IMG/VR virus record: IMGVR_UViG_3300044724_003299
Location: 1 to 33,261 of that record
Direction: 5' to 3' (one strand)
Origin: a virus
Lineage: Duplodnaviria; Caudoviricetes
Length of the DNA: 33,261 nt
Shown: positions 1-7,159 of the stretch, piece by piece
Layout of the letters: every line of letters begins with the position of its first letter
Position numbering within the stretch: the stretch's first letter is position 1
The notes under the pieces: model-generated
What the model saw: only the letters and a program-made list of their open reading frames with translations
Databases searched by the model: none
What the model was told of the DNA's origin: nothing
Made by a program: the position numbers and the translations under genes

Positions 1-48
1 AGAACAGGAAAAATGATTAACGGAACATTTGTGAAAGATGAGCTGTAA
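1..48 (+). CDS. 3' end of MazG-like nucleotide pyrophosphohydrolase (partial)
   Basis: Frame 1 reads RTGKMINGTFVKDEL*, matching the typical C-terminus (R-x-G-K-M-I-N-G-T-F-V-K) of short phage MazG-like proteins; truncated by the window edge. Confidence 0.6.
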   Translation, partial: RTGKMINGTFVKDEL

Positions 49-256
49 ATGTAAATTCAGAGACCCTGTTGTTGAAAGAGTCGTAGACAAGTTCAAACAA
101 CGATCAGATGTAGGCTATAAAAAATATGGCGTTACACTTGATGAAGACCCCTCTAAAATGGTTGACTGGCTTAATCATTTACAAGAAGAGTTAATGGATG
201 CTGTATTGTATTTACAAAAAGCTAAAGAAACTTATGAGAAAGAAAAGAGTATATAA
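38..256 (+). CDS. Small all-alpha phage protein, MazG/NTP-PPase-like superfamily
   Basis: 72 aa with R-x3-G-x-KKYG-x-TL and W-x-x-HLQEELMDAVLYL (EE-x-x-D acidic motif); overlaps both neighbours. Confidence 0.55.
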   Translation: MSCKCKFRDPVVERVVDKFKQRSDVGYKKYGVTLDEDPSKMVDWLNHLQEELMDAVLYLQKAKETYEKEKSI

Positions 257-689
257 AAGAAAGAGAGGTCCTGTTGTAGCTAAAAAAGTTATTTACGATG
301 GGATCCACTTCGCCTCTGGTTTAGAAAAATATATGTATAAAGCTTTAAAGCAAGCTAATATAAAGGCTAAATACGAAGGTGAAACTTTTGTATTAATAAA
401 TGGTTTTCATTTTGAAAACAAAGTATACGAAAGGCAGTCTAATAGTAAAGGTATATTCAAAAATAGAGGTTGTAAAAGAATACTGCCAATTAAATATACG
501 CCGGACTTCATAGGAGAAGATTTTATAATAGAAACCAAAGGTAGACCTAATGAGTCGTTTCCAATACGTTGGAAATTATTTAAACATTTAATGACAAAGC
601 AATTTCCAGGTTATACTTTATATAAACCACAAAATCAAAAAGAATGCGATCAGGTAATAGAATTAATAAAAGCTCCGGAAAGCATTTAG
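234..689 (+). CDS. T7 endonuclease I-like Holliday junction resolvase (PD-(D/E)xK)
   Basis: Motifs FASGLE, YTPDF and IIETKG. ATG at 234 (MRKKR) is preferred over the track's 198 start because it overlaps the upstream gene less. Confidence 0.8.
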   Translation: MRKKRVYKRKRGPVVAKKVIYDGIHFASGLEKYMYKALKQANIKAKYEGETFVLINGFHFENKVYERQSNSKGIFKNRGCKRILPIKYTPDFIGEDFIIETKGRPNESFPIRWKLFKHLMTKQFPGYTLYKPQNQKECDQVIELIKAPESI

Positions 690-817
690 CTAGAAGGAAA
701 TATAAAGAAAGGAAAATAGATACTTATATTAAATGGTCAGTAAATAAGCGAGGCTATTTAAAATGGAAAGATTTAATTATGATTCACGAACAATATAATA
801 TAAAATGTTATGGCTAA
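644..817 (+). CDS. Small basic hypothetical protein (57 aa; not in ORF track)
   Basis: Hand-translated MRSGNRINKSSGKHLARRKYKERKIDTYIKWSVNKRGYLKWKDLIMIHEQYNIKCYG*; fills the gap and overlaps both neighbours. Confidence 0.55.
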   Translation: MRSGNRINKSSGKHLARRKYKERKIDTYIKWSVNKRGYLKWKDLIMIHEQYNIKCYG

Positions 818-944
818 AGCTATTGTATCTAATTATAGATTAAAAACAAAAAAGAAAAGACCTGGCCGTCACGCTAAGTCAAAAAGCAGTAATTTAAAAT
901 CAAGTAAAAATTATGTCAAAAAATACAAAGGACAAGGGAGGTAG
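810..944 (+). CDS. Very basic 44-aa protein ending KKYKGQGR (not in ORF track)
   Basis: Hand-translated MAKAIVSNYRLKTKKKRPGRHAKSKSSNLKSSKNYVKKYKGQGR*; a K-x-Y-[RK]-G-Q-G-[RK] C-terminus recurs in small marine phage proteins. Confidence 0.75.
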   Translation: MAKAIVSNYRLKTKKKRPGRHAKSKSSNLKSSKNYVKKYKGQGR

Positions 945-1071
945 CTGGTCAATGGCTTTAGGCACTTACCCGGGTATATTGTTTGGGGCTAGAACTTATG
1001 AAGGCCCAACACACACACAACACGTTTTTTATCTACCTTTTGTAGATATTGCAATTGAAATAGAACATTAA
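913..1071 (+). CDS. Small hypothetical protein (52 aa; not in ORF track)
   Basis: Hand-translated MSKNTKDKGGSWSMALGTYPGILFGARTYEGPTHTQHVFYLPFVDIAIEIEH*; stop is 1 nt before the nrdB ATG. Confidence 0.7.
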   Translation: MSKNTKDKGGSWSMALGTYPGILFGARTYEGPTHTQHVFYLPFVDIAIEIEH

Positions 1072-1072
1072 T

Positions 1073-2065
1073 ATGAAAGCACCTTTATTTACAGAAAGAA
1101 TTCCGTACAAACCATTTGAATATCCTGAATATTATACTGAGGGTTGGTTAAAACAAGCTCAAGCCTTTTGGTTACATACAGAAATTCCAATGTCGGGTGA
1201 CTTAAAAGATTGGAACGAAAAACTAAATGACAAAGAGAAGAACTTGGTCGGAAACATACTACTCGGCTTTGCCCAGACAGAATGCGCAGTCTCCGACTAT
1301 TGGACACAAAAAGTTGTATCGTGGTTTCCTAAGCACGAGATTCAACAAATGGCAATGATGTTTGGTAGTCAAGAGACTATCCACGCTGTTGCATATAGCT
1401 ATCTGAACGAAACCTTAGGTCTTGAAGACTACGAGGCGTTCTTACATGAACCCGCTACCGCAAAAAGATTTGAAAACTTAGTTGCTTATGAGGGTAATGA
1501 CCCTGTTGGGATTGGTAAAAGCTTAGCAGTATTTTCAGCGTTTGCTGAAGGCGTAAGTTTATATTCAGCGTTTGCCGTGCTATACAGCTTTCAAATGAGA
1601 AATATGCTTAAAGGTATTGGCCAACAAATGAAATGGTCCGTAAGAGATGAAAGCTTACACTCCAAAATGGGTTGCCAATTATTCAGACATATGTGCTCAC
1701 AAATTCCTGGTTTAAAAGAAGAATGCGAGCCTCATATATATTTAGCAGCATTAGAAATGCACAATGCTGAAATGTCTTACATAAATAAGATGTTTGAGAT
1801 GGGTGATATAGAAAATTTAAGAGCTTATGATTTACAACACTTCATCAAAAAAAGAGTTGGTGACAAACTCGAAGAACTTGGTTATAAAGAAAGAAAATAC
1901 AAACAATGGGACTGGACAGAAAAATCGTATGACCAAAAAGCAATTGACAAAATGGCTTGGTTCGATCATCTTACTGGGGGTCACACTCACACTGATTTCT
2001 TCGCTATTAGGCCGACTGACTATAGTAAAGCAAACGAAGGAGAAGATTTTGAAGACGTTTGGTAA
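1073..2065 (+). CDS. nrdB: Ribonucleotide reductase class I beta subunit
   Basis: Ferritin-like motifs KPFEYP, FW-x3-E, ETIHAVAY (ExxH plus radical Tyr), EGVSLYSAF, VRDESLH and C-terminal HTDFF. Confidence 0.97.
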   Translation: MKAPLFTERIPYKPFEYPEYYTEGWLKQAQAFWLHTEIPMSGDLKDWNEKLNDKEKNLVGNILLGFAQTECAVSDYWTQKVVSWFPKHEIQQMAMMFGSQETIHAVAYSYLNETLGLEDYEAFLHEPATAKRFENLVAYEGNDPVGIGKSLAVFSAFAEGVSLYSAFAVLYSFQMRNMLKGIGQQMKWSVRDESLHSKMGCQLFRHMCSQIPGLKEECEPHIYLAALEMHNAEMSYINKMFEMGDIENLRAYDLQHFIKKRVGDKLEELGYKERKYKQWDWTEKSYDQKAIDKMAWFDHLTGGHTHTDFFAIRPTDYSKANEGEDFEDVW

Positions 2066-2076
2066 AAAATAAAATT

Positions 2077-2283
2077 ATGGGAATACAAAAAAACATTAAA
2101 CAATTACAAGAACAAGTTGAAATTCTTGGCGGCGCGTTAACTAAAGCATTAAAAGAATTGGGTGCTTTAAAAACATTAGCCCAAGGAACATTAACGGCTT
2201 TGCAATTAAACATTGGGAAAGAAGAGTGGGATAAACTTGTTGAAGAACTTAAAGATTTAGAAAAAAGAAATGTGGAACAATAA
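2077..2283 (+). CDS. Small helical/coiled-coil hypothetical protein between nrdB and nrdA
   Basis: ATG at 2077 (MGIQKNIKQLQEQVEIL), heptad-like pattern; overlaps the nrdA start. Confidence 0.7.
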   Translation: MGIQKNIKQLQEQVEILGGALTKALKELGALKTLAQGTLTALQLNIGKEEWDKLVEELKDLEKRNVEQ

Positions 2284-3991
2284 CTGGAAAAAAGGAGAAG
2301 ATTACCCCTCGTGGGGAGAAACTGATGTTTATAAAAAAACTATTGGTGGTGGATATTTAATTAAAGACGAATCGCCAAGAGACGCTTATAGCCGTGTATG
2401 TGAAACAGTAGCAAGGCGTTTAGGACGGCCAGAACTTGCTAAAACATTTTTTGAATATATATGGAATGGCTGGCTGTGTTTGGCTTCTCCTGTGTTGTCT
2501 AATACTGGTTCAGATCGAGGTTTGCCTATATCATGTTTTGGTATAGACGTAGCTGATTCAATATACGATATTGGAAGTAAAAATTTAGAGATGATGCTGC
2601 TCGCTAAGCACGGCGGTGGGGTTGGCATTGGCATAAATCAAATCAGACCCGCCGGCGATAAAATAACAGGAAATGGAACAAGTGATGGAGTTGTGCCTTT
2701 TTGTAAGGTATACGATTCAACAATACTTGCCACTAATCAAGGATCTGTCAGACGAGGAGCTGCATCGGTTAATATTAACATTGACCACCCCGATTTTGAT
2801 GAGTGGCTCGAAATACGCGAACCTAAAGGAGACGTTAATCGTCAATCGCTCAACCTCCACCAGTGCGCTGTGGTCGGCGACAAGTTTATGCGACGACTTG
2901 AAAGTGGAGATACTGAAGCTAGAAAAAAATGGGGAAAGTTATTGCAAAAGCGTAAAGCAACTGGAGAGCCTTATATCTTATTTAAGGGAAATACAAACAA
3001 AAATAATCCAGAGCAATATAGAAAGCACGGATTAAAAGTGCATATGACAAACATATGTAGTGAAATTACATTACATACTGACGAATCACATTCGTTTGTT
3101 TGTTGTTTATCATCGTTAAATTTAGCTAAATACGATGAATGGAAAAACACCAATCTTATATACGATAGTATATGGTTTTTAGATGGGGTGTTAGAAGAAT
3201 TTATACAAAAATCCAAAGGTAAAGTTGGTTTTCATAATTCTGTAAGGTCTGCTGAAAAGGGTAGAGCTTTAGGATTAGGGGTGCTTGGCTGGCATACTTA
3301 TTTACAAGAACTAGGTTTACCGTTTGAAGGATTACTATCACAATATGAAACAAGAAAAATATTTTCACAAATTAAAATTGAAAGCGAAAGAGCTTCAATG
3401 GCGCTTGCAGAAGAATTTGGTGAGCCTTTATGGTGTAGGGGTTCAGGTTTTAGGAATACTCATCTCCGTGCCATTGCTCCTACTGTTAGCAATAGTAAAC
3501 TTAGTGGCAATGTTAGTCCCGGTATTGAGCCCTGGGCCGCTAATGTATTTACAGAACAAAGCGCTAAAGGCACTTTCATTCGCAAGAACCCTACATTATT
3601 AAAATTATTAAGAAAACATAAAATCAATACTGACAAAGTGTGGAATAGAATAATGAAAGATGGAGGGTCAGTTCAAGGTGTTAAAGAGCTTAATGATATA
3701 ACTATTGGCAAATGGGATACACCAGCAAAAGAGGTGTTTAAAACATTCAAAGAAATTAATCAACTAGAATTAGTTAATCAAGCAGGTATAAGGCAACAAT
3801 ATATAGATCAGTCTGTTAGTTTAAATCTAGCTTTTCCTAGTGTTGCAGACCCTAAATGGATTAATAAAGTTCATTATGAAGCGTGGAAAAAAGGTATTAA
3901 AACCTTATATTATATGAGAACAGAATCAGTCCTTAGGGGTGATATTGCAGAAGCGGCAATGGATGAAAATTGCTTAGCTTGCGACGGATAA
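2270..3991 (+). CDS. nrdA: Ribonucleotide reductase class I alpha subunit (short, no ATP-cone)
   Basis: SPVLSN, LPISCF, GGGVG, NQGSVRRGA, catalytic TNICSEI, AIAPT, DQSVSLN, KTLYY and C-terminal CLAC. Confidence 0.97.
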   Translation: MWNNNWKKGEDYPSWGETDVYKKTIGGGYLIKDESPRDAYSRVCETVARRLGRPELAKTFFEYIWNGWLCLASPVLSNTGSDRGLPISCFGIDVADSIYDIGSKNLEMMLLAKHGGGVGIGINQIRPAGDKITGNGTSDGVVPFCKVYDSTILATNQGSVRRGAASVNINIDHPDFDEWLEIREPKGDVNRQSLNLHQCAVVGDKFMRRLESGDTEARKKWGKLLQKRKATGEPYILFKGNTNKNNPEQYRKHGLKVHMTNICSEITLHTDESHSFVCCLSSLNLAKYDEWKNTNLIYDSIWFLDGVLEEFIQKSKGKVGFHNSVRSAEKGRALGLGVLGWHTYLQELGLPFEGLLSQYETRKIFSQIKIESERASMALAEEFGEPLWCRGSGFRNTHLRAIAPTVSNSKLSGNVSPGIEPWAANVFTEQSAKGTFIRKNPTLLKLLRKHKINTDKVWNRIMKDGGSVQGVKELNDITIGKWDTPAKEVFKTFKEINQLELVNQAGIRQQYIDQSVSLNLAFPSVADPKWINKVHYEAWKKGIKTLYYMRTESVLRGDIAEAAMDENCLACDG

Positions 3992-3996
3992 TAATT

Positions 3997-4025
3997 AAGG
4001 GGCTTTTTTAGGGCCCCTTTTTTTT
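3997..4025 (+). terminator. Rho-independent terminator at the convergence of the two gene arms
   Basis: AAGGGGC / 9-nt loop / GCCCCTT followed by a T run, immediately after the nrdA stop and abutting the endolysin stop. Confidence 0.85.
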
Positions 4026-4482
4026 ATATTACTTTATAACAAGTTTTATTGTTATCATCTTTATAAGCTTGCAAGCAACGCCTCCTGTTGTTATCAACAT
4101 CAACATAGCTTACGTGAACCCAATCAGGATTATCTTCTGTTCCAAATTCCCAAATTAATTGATCGAAATCTAAATTGTTTTTAATGTAATTATACATTTC
4201 TTTATTGGACATGTATCCATATACATCATCCACATCAATTGCTCTACCTTGGCAATGCTGCGATTTAGAACTTCCCCCAATTGCTTTATTCAATTCTACG
4301 CTTCTATAAAATGAATTAATTTTTATCGGGCCATTTGCGGCTTTTCTTAACGGTTCAAATACTTTTTCAGCAATCAATTCCATGTTCTGCAATTCTTCCG
4401 AACCTGGTGTATTGTCTATGCCTTTCCTTGTTGCTGTGTTGCTAAACGTTGCTTCTTTTTTACTAATGTGTTCGCTAATCAT
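4024..4482 (-). CDS. Endolysin, peptidase M15 family (Zn peptidoglycan peptidase)
   Basis: INSFYRS-x-ELN-x-AIGG, SQH-x-x-G-x-A-x-D and WVHVSY Zn-ligand motifs; last gene of the late arm. Confidence 0.9.
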   Translation of the reverse strand: MISEHISKKEATFSNTATRKGIDNTPGSEELQNMELIAEKVFEPLRKAANGPIKINSFYRSVELNKAIGGSSKSQHCQGRAIDVDDVYGYMSNKEMYNYIKNNLDFDQLIWEFGTEDNPDWVHVSYVDVDNNRRRCLQAYKDDNNKTCYKVI

Positions 4483-4485
4483 TTT

Positions 4486-5847
4486 TTATAATTTAAATTT
4501 ACCGCCTATTGTTATTGAATATGTTAATGGAAATGAGTCTGTACTTTTAGCTACATTAAAACCTAAATTCATTCTGAAGGTTTTAGTTATAGAAAAATCA
4601 AAGTTTGCGCCGCCCACGAATAAAGCGTGCTCATTAAAAACAAATCCATTATCTAATGTACTGTAACTCACTGGTGTTAATGCGGTGGCTAACATAGGTG
4701 ATACAGTAAATCTTTTAAAGTTATAAGGCTTAGTGCCAAATGCTACAAATGCTGGCATTATATTCCATTCGCCTTGACTGTATAATATATTATTAGAAGC
4801 GGATACGCCTCCAACAAATCCTTTCCATTTATTTTCTTTTTGGCCAATATATACGTTGCTTATACCAAATGACATATTGTAAACGCCGTACATATACATT
4901 AACCCAGTGGATAATGTTTGTACGTTGGCTATACTTCCTTTATCATAAAAATACCCAAACACATATTCTTTACCATCTTCTTTAATTACCATAGGCACTT
5001 TTTTATCGTATCTATGGAATGTATGTCCTCTTGAGCCACTTAAACTAAATTGTTTTAAGTTATCCCATATCATCATGTTCGCGGAGTAATTAAACTCACC
5101 GTTCATAGACGATTGTGCAAACCCAACGCCTATAACTTGATTTGCTGCACCATCCAACCCTGACATACGCATTAAGTTGGCTGATATAATTATAGGGTTT
5201 GTATTTTTCTTTTCTTTTTTTTCTTCCTCTTCCTCTTCCTCTTCTTCAGTTTCTTCTTCTTCTTTCTCCTCTTCCTCTTCTTCTTTCTCTTCTTCCTTTT
5301 CTTCTTCTTTCTCTTCTTCTTTTTGTTCTTCTTCTTTTTGTTCTTCGTTATCACTATCGTCAGAATCACCGCCATCATCTCCTCCGTCGTCACTATCACC
5401 ACCACCATCATCAGAATCTCCACCACTGTCGCTGTCTCCCCCTCCGTCTGAATCACCACCACTGTCGCCAGTGTCACCTCCACTATCTCCGCCTGAATCA
5501 GAACCACCGCCTGAGTTATCAGTCGATCCACTTCCACTAGAGTCAGAACTATTGTTTGTATTTGACGTAGATGTTTGTGTTGTTGTTTGTGTTGTTTGAG
5601 CTGTAGAGCAAGCCGATAGGGCATACCACCACGCATATGTCTGCTCCATCCAAGTCCTTAATGCACCACTATAAAAATCATTCGCAGTAAAAGTTTTTGT
5701 TCTATTATAAAAAGACACGGTTGTATATCCTTCCATTTGTATAGAAACGGTTTTTGTCTCTCCGGTACATCTATCCGCAAAGGCTTGCACTAATGTTTGA
5801 GAATATATACTTGAGGAAAATAATAATAGTATTATTATTTTTTTCAT
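4486..5847 (-). CDS. Secreted protein: small N-domain, long T/S/G/D then E/K low-complexity linker, predicted C-terminal outer-membrane beta-barrel
   Basis: Signal peptide MKKIIILLLFSSSIYS|Q; two Cys in the N-domain; about 12 amphipathic strand-like segments ending YSITIGGKFKL. Confidence 0.7.
   Translation of the reverse strand: MKKIIILLLFSSSIYSQTLVQAFADRCTGETKTVSIQMEGYTTVSFYNRTKTFTANDFYSGALRTWMEQTYAWWYALSACSTAQTTQTTTQTSTSNTNNSSDSSGSGSTDNSGGGSDSGGDSGGDTGDSGGDSDGGGDSDSGGDSDDGGGDSDDGGDDGGDSDDSDNEEQKEEEQKEEEKEEEKEEEKEEEEEEKEEEETEEEEEEEEEKKEKKNTNPIIISANLMRMSGLDGAANQVIGVGFAQSSMNGEFNYSANMMIWDNLKQFSLSGSRGHTFHRYDKKVPMVIKEDGKEYVFGYFYDKGSIANVQTLSTGLMYMYGVYNMSFGISNVYIGQKENKWKGFVGGVSASNNILYSQGEWNIMPAFVAFGTKPYNFKRFTVSPMLATALTPVSYSTLDNGFVFNEHALFVGGANFDFSITKTFRMNLGFNVAKSTDSFPLTYSITIGGKFKL
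5204..5600. repeat. Low-complexity coding repeats (GAA/GAG-rich Glu/Lys tract; GGDSD-type repeats; Thr/Gln tract)
   Basis: Visible (TCT/TCC)n and ATCACC/CCACC runs on the + strand; these generate several spurious overlapping ORFs. Confidence 0.9.
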
Positions 5848-6566
5848 TAATGATCAAATATCTTTTTTCTTATCATTCGTTTAACAACCTTAGCAACTGC
5901 AGTTTCTAAAGCTTTCTTAGTCGATGTACCAATCGATGATTGATTAAACTTAACATCTTCTAAATTTTCATTATTCAACAAAGTTAATTCTCTTGTAGTT
6001 GTTGCTTTGCCCAAACCAGATCCTGTCATATATAAACCAGTTTCAGAATCAACAAGTTTGACTTGTAATCCTAATCTTGTAACTAACTTATTTTTAATAC
6101 CGTCTTTTAAATTAATAGTCTCATCTTCTGATATACTGAAATCGTATACCTCTATATAACAAAAGTATTTAGCTAAAACTATTTTACCAATTGGATTTAT
6201 AACATTAGCCGTAAAGCCTTTTTCGCTTGCTTTGAATTGTTTAATCATTCTATCTTTTATTTCATCTCTTGTTTCCACAAACTCAAAACGAAACGTTTCA
6301 TCTAAGAATGCTACGGTTATATTAGTTAAACCTAATCCAACTCTATAATCGCCTAATTCAGGATACTGATTTAATATTTCTTCAGTAACACCAATGTTAA
6401 GCAATGCTACAGACACAGGGTCACCATTATATTCTGGCACACTCCATATAGATTCTCTTGACTCGAAGCTGCCAACGTAATCTTCGGTTGTTGTTTTTCC
6501 AATTACTTGGCTATGAACAGAAGCCACAGCCAATACAAATATCACACATAGTATAAATTTTTTCAT
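5847..6566 (-). CDS. CsgG/HfaB-family (curli transport channel-like) secreted protein
   Basis: Signal peptide ending VHS|Q; family-like motifs VALLNI, VGLGLTN, RFEFVETR, GKIVLAKY, LQVKLVDSETG and C-terminal helix KKALETAVAKVV. Confidence 0.8.
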   Translation of the reverse strand: MKKFILCVIFVLAVASVHSQVIGKTTTEDYVGSFESRESIWSVPEYNGDPVSVALLNIGVTEEILNQYPELGDYRVGLGLTNITVAFLDETFRFEFVETRDEIKDRMIKQFKASEKGFTANVINPIGKIVLAKYFCYIEVYDFSISEDETINLKDGIKNKLVTRLGLQVKLVDSETGLYMTGSGLGKATTTRELTLLNNENLEDVKFNQSSIGTSTKKALETAVAKVVKRMIRKKIFDH

Positions 6567-6567
6567 G

Positions 6568-6798
6568 TTACCAATCTATTTCCCTTTCTTCTTTCTTTGG
6601 TTTTTGTATAACCGTTTTAGTTATAACCAAAGTATCTTTTACAACACTAGGTGGTATTGTTATTGTTTGTTCCATTGTGGGTAGTGGAGAATCAATCTTC
6701 GGGCTAAACCAAGCTTCCATATTTGCAACTATTAAAGCAGCGCCCGCGGTTATGATTAATCCTATTGCAGTAATTATTTGGGTTTTTATTTCTTTCAT
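6568..6798 (-). CDS. Small protein with one N-terminal membrane anchor and a Pro/Thr-rich tail
   Basis: Hydrophobic IITAIGLIITAGAALIVA followed by P/T-rich sequence with KDTLVIT; 1-nt gaps to both neighbours. Confidence 0.7.
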   Translation of the reverse strand: MKEIKTQIITAIGLIITAGAALIVANMEAWFSPKIDSPLPTMEQTITIPPSVVKDTLVITKTVIQKPKKEEREIDW

Positions 6799-6799
6799 A

Positions 6800-7159
6800 T
6801 TAGTTCATTGAAAAAGTTTGTCTACCTATAAAACTGTTTGTATTAGTATACAATTCAACAGTATAAGAACTAACCGGTAATGAATTCACATATATGTTTA
6901 ATATGTTATCACCTTCTTTGCCAGTTATTATTTCTTGATTTATTATTTTATTTGAAAAATCTAATATTTTAATTCTGTACTTTCCATCGCTTGGTAGCTT
7001 TGTATTTATTCTAACCTTATCTTTAACAATATAGCTTTCAAGTTTTAAGCCTGTAGGTTGAGGCATAAACAAAGACTCAGGCACTTCTTGTATACGATTT
7101 TCAATGTATATAGTTTCTGAGCAGCTTATAAATAATAATAGTATTAATAGTTTTTTCAT
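6800..7159 (-). CDS. Lipoprotein with T9SS C-terminal-domain-like Ig fold
   Basis: Lipobox LLFIS|C; body INTKLP..YRIKILDFSNKII..GDNILNIYVNSLPVSSYTVEL resembles the Por secretion tail consensus (I.I.D..G+.+ ... G.N...I....L..G.Y...L). Confidence 0.65.
   Translation of the reverse strand: MKKLLILLLFISCSETIYIENRIQEVPESLFMPQPTGLKLESYIVKDKVRINTKLPSDGKYRIKILDFSNKIINQEIITGKEGDNILNIYVNSLPVSSYTVELYTNTNSFIGRQTFSMN

Noticed and set aside
1073-3991. Introns or inteins in RNR (also checked terminase and capsid genes)
   Set aside because: Proteins have compact expected lengths with contiguous motifs; no intein or homing-endonuclease signatures.
5204-5600. Possible CRISPR array or DGR-type repeat
   Set aside because: The repeats are degenerate in-frame triplet expansions with no constant repeat-spacer period; no cas or reverse transcriptase gene is in the window.
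5177-5636. Overlapping 140-, 148- and 113-aa ORFs (poly-Ser, poly-Lys/Arg, poly-Leu/His)
   Set aside because: Shadow frames of the low-complexity linker in the 453-aa gene; no independent evidence of coding.
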